The position numbers were made by a program, and so were the translations under genes. A DNA stretch of 49,481 nucleotides from NCBI GenBank assembly GCA_050014895.1, contig JBEKCL010000001.1, positions 1 to 49,481 of the forward strand, read 5' to 3'. Below, piece by piece: positions 8,755 through 17,798 of this stretch. Origin of the DNA: Dehalococcoidia bacterium. GTDB lineage: Bacteria; Chloroflexota; Dehalococcoidia; GIF9; UBA5629. Each line of letters starts with the position of its first letter. The stretch's first letter is position 1. The notes under the pieces are model-generated. The model searched no databases. It saw nothing but the letters and a program-made list of their open reading frames with translations, and had not been told where the DNA came from.

Positions 8755-9609
8755 ATGAATTTACAATCTGCTAATAATACCCTGCAAAGAAAATCGAGAT
8801 CACCGACAATAGTTCTTGTCCTGGTTTTCTCTGCACTAATGTTGGCGTCAGCGCTATTTTCCTCCTGTGTTACAGTCCAATCTTCATTAGAAGAACCCTA
8901 TTACGTTACCGAGTACACCACTGAAAACCGGACCGAGATCTATACCGAGACTGTTCCGACAGTCAGGAGTGTGCCATACGAAAAGGTCCTCCAACCATAT
9001 GTACTATGGAGCAATCCTCAACTTGAATTCAATGGCCATAACTCAATATGGTATTACGGCTATGATCTCTCTGATTTTCCGGCCCGCGAAAAACAGCAAA
9101 TTAAGTTAGTGTTTTTTAAACAACAATTTTACGAGTATCTAGCAGTAAGCGTATTTGATATGGACCCAAGCGGCCAGATACTTGCCCCGCCGTTGATTTC
9201 CGCTTCCGATAACATTTCGTCTATAGTCGTAGAACGTACTTGGATTACTTCAAAAGAAGGCATTAGCACTTCCAATACATGGTTCGAACTGGCAAACATG
9301 AAGCTCAACTTTGCCCATTTCCTCGGCGGCAAGACTGACCTGTTTTTAAATAGTGCTACTGCATATCCCGTGGGACTGGATACGAGAGGGTCCAGGGAAA
9401 TAGCTGTACTTATATACGGCCCGACCGATGCGCAGAATTGCAGATTTAATACAATACTCGCGTGGTCAGAGAATGTCACGGACTACGTGACCAGAACAGC
9501 AGAGCGCTCCGTCCTTGTGCCAGTTGAGCATCGTATTATCAAGCAGAAGTCAATGCTTCAATCCAGTAAGGTCCCTTTCTGGGAATCCCTTTTGACCAAT
9601 AAACCTTAA
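8755..9609 (+). CDS. Putative lipoprotein of unknown function (284 aa), paralog of the previous gene
   Basis: Hydrophobic leader ending in ALFSSC. Collinear similarity to the 7980-8741 product. Only a 13-nt gap separates the two genes. Confidence 0.6.
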   Translation: MNLQSANNTLQRKSRSPTIVLVLVFSALMLASALFSSCVTVQSSLEEPYYVTEYTTENRTEIYTETVPTVRSVPYEKVLQPYVLWSNPQLEFNGHNSIWYYGYDLSDFPAREKQQIKLVFFKQQFYEYLAVSVFDMDPSGQILAPPLISASDNISSIVVERTWITSKEGISTSNTWFELANMKLNFAHFLGGKTDLFLNSATAYPVGLDTRGSREIAVLIYGPTDAQNCRFNTILAWSENVTDYVTRTAERSVLVPVEHRIIKQKSMLQSSKVPFWESLLTNKP

Positions 9610-9766
9610 CCTGTCACCCCCGGACATTCCATAACATCCGCAAGTAATTGTGCCCGCTTACTGAGCCTGAAGGCTCATTTGATGAGCCATTCGGTTGCTT
9701 TTTTGACCCTAATAGCTAATAATACAAATAGTTCACTTAAATCGAAGCAGGATTTGGGGTTAATTT

Positions 9767-10096
9767 ATGAGGACTCGGGCTTTAGAGCATTTAAACCGCG
9801 GGCACATTTTATTTGTGCTGCTGTTAATGGCGCAATTTCAATTCTGGGACGGGATAATCACACAGGTTTTCGTTATCAACGGCCTGGCAAAAGAAGCAAA
9901 TCCATTAGTGGCGCCGCTTGTATCGGGCGGCAGTTTCCTGCTTATCAAGCTGTTGGGGATAGCAGCCCTGCTGCTGCTGCTATGGATAATCTCCAAACGC
10001 TTCCCCAGGATAGCGGTAGCTTCCGCATCCTGCATATCCATATATTATATAGCTGTGATCACCTGGAATTTTTTAGTGTTCTTTCAGCCTTGTTGA
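9767..10096 (+). CDS. Small integral membrane protein, DUF5658-like (109 aa)
   Basis: Three TM segments and the motif WDGIITQVFVINGLAKEANPLV (D..T....g..E.NP), as I recall for DUF5658. It is preferred over the overlapping 9679-10101 frame. Confidence 0.5.
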   Translation: MRTRALEHLNRGHILFVLLLMAQFQFWDGIITQVFVINGLAKEANPLVAPLVSGGSFLLIKLLGIAALLLLLWIISKRFPRIAVASASCISIYYIAVITWNFLVFFQPC

Positions 10097-10129
10097 GATA
10101 AATTACTATCCTTTCATCCTTTCCAATAA

Positions 10130-11974
10130 TCAGTTCATTGCCGGCACAAGGTCTGCGGTTTGATACCCGAATGCAAACTCATTTCTTTCGATGACATCTA
10201 CCAGCACATCAACTACCCTGGCATCGTATAATTTGTCCCGTCCGGTCTGTAATTCTTCGATTATATCATCCTTTTTCCGGGCTGGACGATATGGCCGATG
10301 AGAACTCATGGCTTCCACCACATCGCAAATCCCCAATATCCTTGTCTCAAGGCTCAACTGGTCCTTGCGAATACCATGCGGATAACCGGACCCATTCAGT
10401 CTCTCATGATGGTTCATAACCATATTCATGACATTTTCCGGAAGATTCATGCCCTGGAGCATCTCATAACCACGCTTAACGTGAGACCTGATCAATACCC
10501 ATTCCTCATCGGTGAGTTTACCCGGTTTGGAAAGTATTGTATTGGGTATTGCTGCCTTGCCGATATCATGCAAAAGGGCGCCGACCTGCAGCCATTCAAG
10601 TTCATCATCCTTCAATCCGAGCCTTTCGCCTACAAACGCAGCCAGGCTGGCTAACCTTTCCTGATGGCTCACCGTGTACGGATCTACAGCAAACATTGCC
10701 TTAGACATCACCTTGGTTAAATGAACAAAATGCTGTTTTATTTGTTTGCCGGCATTCTGTCTTTCAATCGTCTGTGCAAGCATAGTAGCAGAAGTGGCCA
10801 GCAGGTTAATCTCGACAGGTTTAAACCCATTTGAAGCAACCGGTTTCTCAAAACCAACTACCCCGGCAAATTCTGAATTAACCATTACGGGTAAGATCAA
10901 GTTGGATGAATTGCCATTACATGTGCTAACAATAGTTCCTTCCTTTTTAGAAAGCTGCATCAAATCTTTGGCAACATCTTCTCCCCCACTATCCCCGGTA
11001 ATAGAGGCGCCTGTTCCGCCGCCTTTATCTTCCTTATCAGTGTAACTTATGTAAATCTTTGGGTTCTCTGGGTTTCCATCGCTGAGACTACCAAGCTCAG
11101 GTTTTGACGCAGTGTTGCGATCCTGGTTTTTATCCGTTGAATCATCCCCGAGCATAATAAAAGCATTATTGATTTCTGATGTATGGCACAATATCTCCAG
11201 GATCTTTTTATAAGGAATATCTTTCCTTGTTTCCAGAAGTATCTGCCCCACCCTGGCAATTGCTTTGAGATACTTCTCTTTTTCTTTTTGGGCTTTTTCC
11301 ACCTCTTTACGCTCAGAAATGTCCCGCGCTATTCCTTGAAAACCCGTTAGCTCCCCATCCCTGTTCTTCATAGGCATAAAGCTTAATTCGATAGGTACCA
11401 GGATACCATCTTCTTTCATTAGATCTACATATAGATGCCTGCCTGCAACTTCCTTAAAGCGTTTCAATTGTTCAGGCACAAATGTTTTGTACTCGGGTGA
11501 TAGCAGGTATCTGATATTATTAGTAAGGATTTTGTCAATAGTATATCCACTAACTTCCTCGATAGCCTTATTTGCAAATGTGAAGTTCCCTTCACTGTCA
11601 AGCGTAAAAATAATATCCTGCGTAGTATCGATAATATGCTGTATCCGTTTTTCCGCCTTAGTTGCCTGCTCACGTTGAAGGACCAGCTCATTGTGAATTT
11701 TAAAGATCTCACGGAAACTGAAATGAACAAGTAAGAAAATAACGGCCATGCCAAATAGCCAGTCCAGCAACATCTGGAACGCCGTCATAGCCGTACCCGT
11801 ACCCAATAACATATAATGCACTATTTGCAAGGACGCCAGCGTAGCGCCGGCCATCAATAGGATAAGGGCCTCTAACTGCCGAATTTGAACCTTGGAATCT
11901 TTTCTGACGATCTCGCCGGCCATATTTTTCTCCTTTCCCATAGTATTCTTCCGTCTTCCATTATCTCTATTCAT
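10130..11974 (-). CDS. Membrane-anchored PAS sensor with a canonical HD-GYP domain (putative c-di-GMP phosphodiesterase), 614 aa
   Basis: N-terminal TM helices. PAS-like segment IIDTTQDIIFTLDSEGNFTFANKAIEEVSGY. HD-GYP motifs are intact: ALLHDIGKAAIP, HHERLNGSGYPHG, ICDVVEAMSSHRPYR. The start lies 19 nt after the upstream gene's stop. Confidence 0.85.
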   Translation of the reverse strand: MNRDNGRRKNTMGKEKNMAGEIVRKDSKVQIRQLEALILLMAGATLASLQIVHYMLLGTGTAMTAFQMLLDWLFGMAVIFLLVHFSFREIFKIHNELVLQREQATKAEKRIQHIIDTTQDIIFTLDSEGNFTFANKAIEEVSGYTIDKILTNNIRYLLSPEYKTFVPEQLKRFKEVAGRHLYVDLMKEDGILVPIELSFMPMKNRDGELTGFQGIARDISERKEVEKAQKEKEKYLKAIARVGQILLETRKDIPYKKILEILCHTSEINNAFIMLGDDSTDKNQDRNTASKPELGSLSDGNPENPKIYISYTDKEDKGGGTGASITGDSGGEDVAKDLMQLSKKEGTIVSTCNGNSSNLILPVMVNSEFAGVVGFEKPVASNGFKPVEINLLATSATMLAQTIERQNAGKQIKQHFVHLTKVMSKAMFAVDPYTVSHQERLASLAAFVGERLGLKDDELEWLQVGALLHDIGKAAIPNTILSKPGKLTDEEWVLIRSHVKRGYEMLQGMNLPENVMNMVMNHHERLNGSGYPHGIRKDQLSLETRILGICDVVEAMSSHRPYRPARKKDDIIEELQTGRDKLYDARVVDVLVDVIERNEFAFGYQTADLVPAMN

Positions 11975-11993
11975 GGTTTAATCACCTTTACGT

Positions 11994-13757
11994 CTACTCA
12001 TTTTTCCCGGAATTATAGCCATATTCGTCTCCCTCGAAACCTTCCTCATCCTCCATATCATCATCATCGAGTCTCCTCAGTTTTTTGATCGTATGCCCTA
12101 TCCAGAAGAACATGAACCCAAACAGCGCTAGGCCCAGTGCAACCAAAACCCACTTTACCCAATCCGGCATATTGCTAAGGATCGTCATAAAAGTGTGCCC
12201 TTTGTAAAATGAGCTGACGAGCGACCACTGTCCTTCATTCGAAGCGCGGTCGATAGCTTTGACACGCCAGTAATAGGGTTTGTCCTTGCCCGGCAACATT
12301 TTACTGTCATCAGTAATATCAATGTAATTGGCTCCTATATTGGACTGAGACATGATCACGTTCGTAAATTTAGGATCATCGGCCACTTCAAAAGTGTACG
12401 TCACACCACTGGGATCGGAAACCACGCCCCATTCAAAATGTACGTCTTTAACCTGGCGGTCGCCATCAACCGGTAACTGGGTAACCGGTGCAATTGGAGG
12501 GTTCGACTCCACCGTGAAGATGACCTTTTGCGTATTAATCCCGTCTGTTGCTACTACGTTATGGGGGCCATGCATACTGACAGGTATTTTGAAATTGTAA
12601 GTGAAGCTTCCCTGGGGCTGGACCGTCGTAGCTTCCATTTTCACATTATCATAGGACACATTAACAGGAAACCCCGGCCTGAAACCAGATCCTTGAAGCC
12701 CAACCTGCATACCAATGAAACCGTTGTCCGGGCTTATATTCATAGTCGCTGCTACTTTAATATCACTAAATGATTTATTAGTCCGATCGTCCACCTTTAT
12801 CTTATGCACGCCGTCACCGCAAGCGGGCACTATTATGGAAGTTGCAAACCCGCCGTCCGTGCCCGTCTGGACTACACCTACATCTTTGTCGTCAAAATAT
12901 ACCGTTACGTCAGCTACGCTCTGATAGCCGGTACCAATGATCGTCACATTATCGCCCACCGCTGCGGAAGTTGGCATGATGCTAGCTTGTTGCCGTATAT
13001 TATAGACAGCAGTTGCCACATTATTCTCAGAATCCTGTAATTTTATATTATGATTTCCCCTGGAGTACGATGGGATAACCAATCTCATATTGGAGCACTG
13101 GCCTTTCTCATCTGATTCACCAGTGACCAATTTATCATCGTCAACTCCAAGGTATATAAGCTTACTGGCAGCGAAGCCATTACCATTGACTGAGATAACG
13201 TCTCCAACGTATCCGGCTACAGTGCTCCCCAGCGATATAGAAGGAAGTAGTTTAAATCCGGTAGTAATTGTACTTACGCCATCGTCGGCCATGATTATAT
13301 ATCTTCCCGCAGGAAAAACATCCACATTAAAATTCGCCACGGCATACCCGGAGGCATCAGTAGTTGTCGTGCTAGCCACATATGTTTGGGTACCCACCGT
13401 AGTGCCTGTGCCGATAGTAGTTCCTGTGCCAAACGTTACGATTACCTGCTTGTTGGGTTGGTAATTAATTACTTTGACATACACAGCGGTGCCGACCATA
13501 CCCTGCGAAGGTAAAACCTCTACGCTCGGAGCGGTGAGATTGTCGGCAATAGCCGCCGGCGAAGAAGAAGGAAATGGACAAAATGGGCATAATCCGATAG
13601 CAGAAAATATCAGCATTAGCTTGCAAATCAAGCTCGTGTTTAGTGCAGGCCCACGCTTGACCAAAAGGCTAGTCCAGCTATTAGTTAAGCTATTTATAAA
13701 ACAGTAAAAGCGTGCCATTGTTGCTTTTACTGATGTTTCGATACTATTGCGGCTCAT
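11994..13757 (-). CDS. Cell-surface protein with repeated Ig-like (IPT/TIG-like) modules, an FN3-like module and a C-terminal TM anchor with an acidic tail. The true start may be an internal Met.
   Basis: At least four repeats of the pattern GxxVxxxGxGF/Y...V..D, e.g. VGDVISVNGNGFAASKLIYLGVDD, VGDNVTIIGTGYQSVADVTVYFDD, IGMQVGLQGSGFRPGFPVNVSYDN. Also YYWRVKAIDRASNEGQWS. TM helix WVKWVLVALGLALFGFMFFWI followed by DDDDMEDEEGFEGDEYG. Confidence 0.6.
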   Translation of the reverse strand: MSRNSIETSVKATMARFYCFINSLTNSWTSLLVKRGPALNTSLICKLMLIFSAIGLCPFCPFPSSSPAAIADNLTAPSVEVLPSQGMVGTAVYVKVINYQPNKQVIVTFGTGTTIGTGTTVGTQTYVASTTTTDASGYAVANFNVDVFPAGRYIIMADDGVSTITTGFKLLPSISLGSTVAGYVGDVISVNGNGFAASKLIYLGVDDDKLVTGESDEKGQCSNMRLVIPSYSRGNHNIKLQDSENNVATAVYNIRQQASIMPTSAAVGDNVTIIGTGYQSVADVTVYFDDKDVGVVQTGTDGGFATSIIVPACGDGVHKIKVDDRTNKSFSDIKVAATMNISPDNGFIGMQVGLQGSGFRPGFPVNVSYDNVKMEATTVQPQGSFTYNFKIPVSMHGPHNVVATDGINTQKVIFTVESNPPIAPVTQLPVDGDRQVKDVHFEWGVVSDPSGVTYTFEVADDPKFTNVIMSQSNIGANYIDITDDSKMLPGKDKPYYWRVKAIDRASNEGQWSLVSSFYKGHTFMTILSNMPDWVKWVLVALGLALFGFMFFWIGHTIKKLRRLDDDDMEDEEGFEGDEYGYNSGKNE

Positions 13758-13768
13758 GGCTTCCTCCT

Positions 13769-14449
13769 TTATTTCGAGCGCATTCCACCCAGGAACTCCG
13801 ATACTTCGCTACCGAGTTTCTCGATATTTTGCACATCTACATCAAATAAATTAGCTGCCAGATCAGATGTTGAAGAATCTTCCGCATCTTCAGCTTGAAA
13901 AACGCTCATCAGGTCAAGTTCTTCCTCTTTTGGTGCTTCTTCTTCAGAAGTAAGCGTATCCATAGAAGGCAAATCCGGCAAAGTCATCTCGGCGTTTGAC
14001 TGATCGTCAGCACCCGCCTCAGCTTGATCATTGTCCTTTGCATCAACAGCGGCCTTTTCTTGAGGTTCCTGGGATGTCTTCTGCTGTTCATCCTGCTGAG
14101 TTCCTTTGGATGATGCAGCGGCTTCGCCCTGCGGCAGCAACCTGTTGTCAGGCAGCTCTTTAAGCTCTAACAGCCTATCTTCCCGGATTTTGGGAGCTTT
14201 ACTCTTTTTCTCCTTTTTCTTTTTCTCTTTTTTGTTTTTAACATTTTTCTTTTCTTTAACAGTCTCAGCGGATTCCTGCGGTATCTGTCTCGGCGTTTTT
14301 CCCACGGCGGCTGCTGCCAGTGCAACCCTCCTTCTGCCTTTAGGGCGCTTTGGCTGCATGCTCTTCATCAGTAGCCACATAATGCCAAACACGCATATAC
14401 AGGCGACGATGATAATTACCAGGTAAACGCCAACTTCGTAAAAATCCAC
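13769..14449 (-). CDS. N-terminally membrane-anchored, Lys-rich then acidic low-complexity protein (226 aa), unknown function
   Basis: GTG start with AAGGAG upstream, 22 nt after the arlJ stop. TM helix VGVYLVIIIVACICVFGIMWLL, a KEKKNVKNKKEKKKKEKKSK tract, and an acidic C-terminus. Confidence 0.5.
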   Translation of the reverse strand: MDFYEVGVYLVIIIVACICVFGIMWLLMKSMQPKRPKGRRRVALAAAAVGKTPRQIPQESAETVKEKKNVKNKKEKKKKEKKSKAPKIREDRLLELKELPDNRLLPQGEAAASSKGTQQDEQQKTSQEPQEKAAVDAKDNDQAEAGADDQSNAEMTLPDLPSMDTLTSEEEAPKEEELDLMSVFQAEDAEDSSTSDLAANLFDVDVQNIEKLGSEVSEFLGGMRSK

Positions 14450-14471
14450 TATTTACTCCTTAGATCCATGG

Positions 14472-16037
14472 CTAACTAGGCGCCTTAAGAGAGCTGAACA
14501 TTCCTGTGACCAGGCCGGGCACAAATAGCATTGCAGCCCCGGTAATGAGCATCATAATTGAGAGGTAATATAAAAACTTGTAGTTATGGCCACCATCTAC
14601 GACCTTGATGGCAGCCGGGTTCACAACTGTGAGCATAAGCAGCATGGCGGTCGACATCATGTAAAGCATCTGCAACTGGCCGCTTGAATTAGCGAAAAAC
14701 GCGAACGTGGGTAACTGTGATATGGCATTCATACCCTGACCGGTGGTTGCACCCTGCATCGATTGCATAGCCTGTGAAAAACCCCACATTATCTGATATA
14801 TTCCCACAAGCAACAACGCCATGGTTGCATGCATCGTAGTACACAGGTATAAAAATCCTGCTGAGACCGCTTTTCGCTTTCCACGTAATAGACATATCTT
14901 CATAGCAAACATCGATGATTGGTTGCCAACGGCATTAGGATCACCGCCGACGGCAATCCCATCCCAGAAAATCCGTACACTGCGGTTTATCTGTTCGCTT
15001 CCAGACTCACAGACAAATTTCTCCCAGCAAAGTTCCGGGCGTATACCAAACGTGAGAGCATTATTCATCCTGATGACAGGTTTCTTTAGTGAAGCAAGTG
15101 ACCCAAAATCGAGCCTGCTTACTGCTTCGGTAACGGTTGTCCCGATGACCTTTGTAATGCCTCCCAAAGACCGGATGAAACCTGCTATATCGGCATCGTT
15201 CCTGTCTATTTTTTTATCGTCCCAACATATCAATATCCCGGGCGGAGCTATAATCAGTCCAAGTACAATAATCGACCATCCCAGGCCGGCATTCATTAAA
15301 AACAATACGGGAATCGACAACACCGTCAGCGGTATAGAAACATAGAACAGTACTTTTTTGGCTAATTCTTGAGCATGCGATGTCTCTGATAAGGAATGCG
15401 TCTTTATCTCTTTGGGCGCCGACCGGTACATTACCCATACGCCCAATACGGTAGAAATAAGCATCAAGAAAGTGAGTATCGCTATGAAACTGGACGGCAT
15501 GGGGAAAATTAAGATAGATACCACGGTGATTACCACGACCAGTGAAGCCGAGATAATTAAAGCCGTGAATGCATCCGTCCATTTGGCAAGACTGCTTACC
15601 TGGCGCTCGTATTCATCGCCATAGATCTCTCCCATTACTTCAGCTTCCCGTTTCAAGAATAATGCCTCATTTTCGCCGGAGGCCATGGCCCCTGCCATGC
15701 GAAGCAATATTGCCTTTGGGTCCGCCTCCTTGGTTTTCTCCCCGACCATGCGGCATGCCTCGGAATAATCATAGTTGAGCTTTTTAGCCAGGAAATGCAC
15801 TCTCCTCAAATAAACTGAAGATGTAAATCCAAGACGGGAGGCATACTCGAACATCTGCGACCTGGGCAACTCGGATGTTGCCAGCGCCGACATATAGGTA
15901 AGGTGACAGAACAGGTCTGCTTTCAGCAGATCATCATTATGTTTTAATTTCCCGTTAGAGGAGCCGTCTAACACAAATCCGTTGTCGTTAGAAGAGTCCT
16001 TCTCGTTGCGCTTTAGCAAGGACTTTAAGGAGATCAT
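14472..16037 (-). CDS. arlJ: Archaellum assembly platform protein ArlJ (FlaJ; GspF/TadC-like polytopic membrane protein)
   Basis: 521 aa with a cytoplasmic N-terminal domain followed by many TM helices. It is positioned directly after arlI, and the annotated start overlaps arlI by 50 nt. Confidence 0.75.
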   Translation of the reverse strand: MISLKSLLKRNEKDSSNDNGFVLDGSSNGKLKHNDDLLKADLFCHLTYMSALATSELPRSQMFEYASRLGFTSSVYLRRVHFLAKKLNYDYSEACRMVGEKTKEADPKAILLRMAGAMASGENEALFLKREAEVMGEIYGDEYERQVSSLAKWTDAFTALIISASLVVVITVVSILIFPMPSSFIAILTFLMLISTVLGVWVMYRSAPKEIKTHSLSETSHAQELAKKVLFYVSIPLTVLSIPVLFLMNAGLGWSIIVLGLIIAPPGILICWDDKKIDRNDADIAGFIRSLGGITKVIGTTVTEAVSRLDFGSLASLKKPVIRMNNALTFGIRPELCWEKFVCESGSEQINRSVRIFWDGIAVGGDPNAVGNQSSMFAMKICLLRGKRKAVSAGFLYLCTTMHATMALLLVGIYQIMWGFSQAMQSMQGATTGQGMNAISQLPTFAFFANSSGQLQMLYMMSTAMLLMLTVVNPAAIKVVDGGHNYKFLYYLSIMMLITGAAMLFVPGLVTGMFSSLKAPS

Positions 16038-17778
16038 AAAAGTTTTTAACTCCCTGTTGATTTAATTTTTCAAGTATCTTGCCACGCCTCTCTACTTCTG
16101 CGTAAATACGGCGCTTCTTATGCGGCGGAATGCCGAGTTTAGGGGCGATCTTCTGCTCCAGCAGGTAGCTATTGCCGTCGCCAGAAAATATAAATACGTC
16201 GGTCACCGGGTCCCAGCGGAACGCCTCTATGAAGTTGAACGATTGGGTAACCGGGTCGTAACCTACTATTTCGTTAATACTTGTCATCCGCCTGCCCGTT
16301 TTGCCATCGGGCAGTTTAACTGCCTGCTGGATGATACAGATATTCAAGTTGTCCATGTAGGACTTGGGAACATTTATCGGGGCGCCGGTAAGACGCTGGA
16401 TAAGTCTTTCGACTGAAGCAGCATGGAATGTAGCCATCACCGAATGGCCCGTCTGCATGGCCTGGAAAGCAATGGCGCCTTCAGCTCCACGGATTTCGCC
16501 GATGATGATTTCATTTGGCCTTTGACGCAGGGCTGCTTTGAGCAGGTCAAACATACCTACCCCCGCATCCCCCTCCTTGGTTGAAGACACGACTTCCCTG
16601 ATCCAGTTCTGGTGCGGTACCTGCAATTCCGGGGTGTCCTCGATCGACACGATCTTGGCATTAGGATGGATAAATGTAGTGACTGCATTTAAGGTCGTAG
16701 TTTTTCCCGAGGCGGTTTCTCCGCATACAAATACATTCATTCCCTCGCCGATGGTGAGAGACAGGTAAGCCGCCATCTTATAGTCCAACGTATGCCAATC
16801 AATCAGCTCAAGGATCGAAGACGGCACCTCGCTGAATTTCCTGATGGTAAAGTTGGACCCGCGCTTTGATACATCCGTGCCATAGACAATATTGATACGT
16901 GAGCCGTCCGGCAGGGTTGCATCAACTATCGGGCTGTGAACACTGACAGGTTTCTTTATGCGCTCGGCCAGTCTCATGACAAACTGGTCAAGGTCCTCGG
17001 CCGTGGGAAAATTGACCACAGTTTTCAAACTCTTAAAAACCTTATGCTCAACGAAAATTACGCCCATTCCACTGCAGCTGACATCTTCAACATACTTGTC
17101 ATACACAATAGGGTCGAGCACGCCCAGGCCGACCTTGTCCCTCACGATCAAGTATTTTATTTGCATTAATTGAAGCGGCGTAACTTCAATCTGCTTGAAC
17201 TTGCTTTTGAACGACATCCTATCAAGCAGGCCTAATCCTGTTTTCCCTCTTTCATTTCCATTACCGTTTCTACTTTGTGAAGACCCGTTGTTCCTGCTCC
17301 CGTTTCCGCCGTAGCCGCGATCCACAACACATATTTCGTCCACGCATTTTAAGAACGCATCACGTTTTTCGTCCATGGTCTTGATCGAGAAATCGCCCAG
17401 CCTATCGGCCATTTCGAGAAGCTTTTTTTCCACTTCCAGCATAAGCGGATCAATATTGGCAATCAGAATCGGCTCAATAGGTATATATGTATTCCTGCCG
17501 TCGCCATGGTCGTACAGGATGTGAGTAAACACGCCTTCCTTGACGGGATAAATAAGATTGGGATTCGGGGTACCTCCGACAGCTTTGTCAAGCTTGTCAT
17601 AAAATTTAGGCATGCCGTAGTCAGCGATCGGAATCATCTCCAGGTATTCAAGGAGATGCGGATTCTTCCCCACCAAATCCTGTGTTGTCTTTGAGAGCAA
17701 ACTCAGGATATTGCAGGAATCCGACTTTTTCCTGGTTTTGGGATCAGGTATTGCAAAGGGCAGTATTATTTCAGGCAT
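15988..17778 (-). CDS. arlI: Archaellum motor/assembly ATPase ArlI (FlaI; type II/IV secretion ATPase superfamily)
   Basis: Walker A is VCGETASGKTTTLNA. Asp/His box context: IVSIEDTPEL and PNEIIIGEIRGAE, then TGHSVMATFHA. An N/G/S-rich insert (about 17236-17316) sits in the N-terminal domain. Confidence 0.9.
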   Translation of the reverse strand: MPEIILPFAIPDPKTRKKSDSCNILSLLSKTTQDLVGKNPHLLEYLEMIPIADYGMPKFYDKLDKAVGGTPNPNLIYPVKEGVFTHILYDHGDGRNTYIPIEPILIANIDPLMLEVEKKLLEMADRLGDFSIKTMDEKRDAFLKCVDEICVVDRGYGGNGSRNNGSSQSRNGNGNERGKTGLGLLDRMSFKSKFKQIEVTPLQLMQIKYLIVRDKVGLGVLDPIVYDKYVEDVSCSGMGVIFVEHKVFKSLKTVVNFPTAEDLDQFVMRLAERIKKPVSVHSPIVDATLPDGSRINIVYGTDVSKRGSNFTIRKFSEVPSSILELIDWHTLDYKMAAYLSLTIGEGMNVFVCGETASGKTTTLNAVTTFIHPNAKIVSIEDTPELQVPHQNWIREVVSSTKEGDAGVGMFDLLKAALRQRPNEIIIGEIRGAEGAIAFQAMQTGHSVMATFHAASVERLIQRLTGAPINVPKSYMDNLNICIIQQAVKLPDGKTGRRMTSINEIVGYDPVTQSFNFIEAFRWDPVTDVFIFSGDGNSYLLEQKIAPKLGIPPHKKRRIYAEVERRGKILEKLNQQGVKNFYDLLKVLAKAQREGLF

Positions 17779-17798
17779 TATACAAATCCTATAATTAG

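Noticed and set aside
9679-10101. A 140-aa ORF overlapping the DUF5658-like gene in another frame
   Set aside because: The 9767-10096 frame gives a coherent three-TM protein with the E.NP motif. The alternative frame gives a low-complexity Ser/Ala-rich product.
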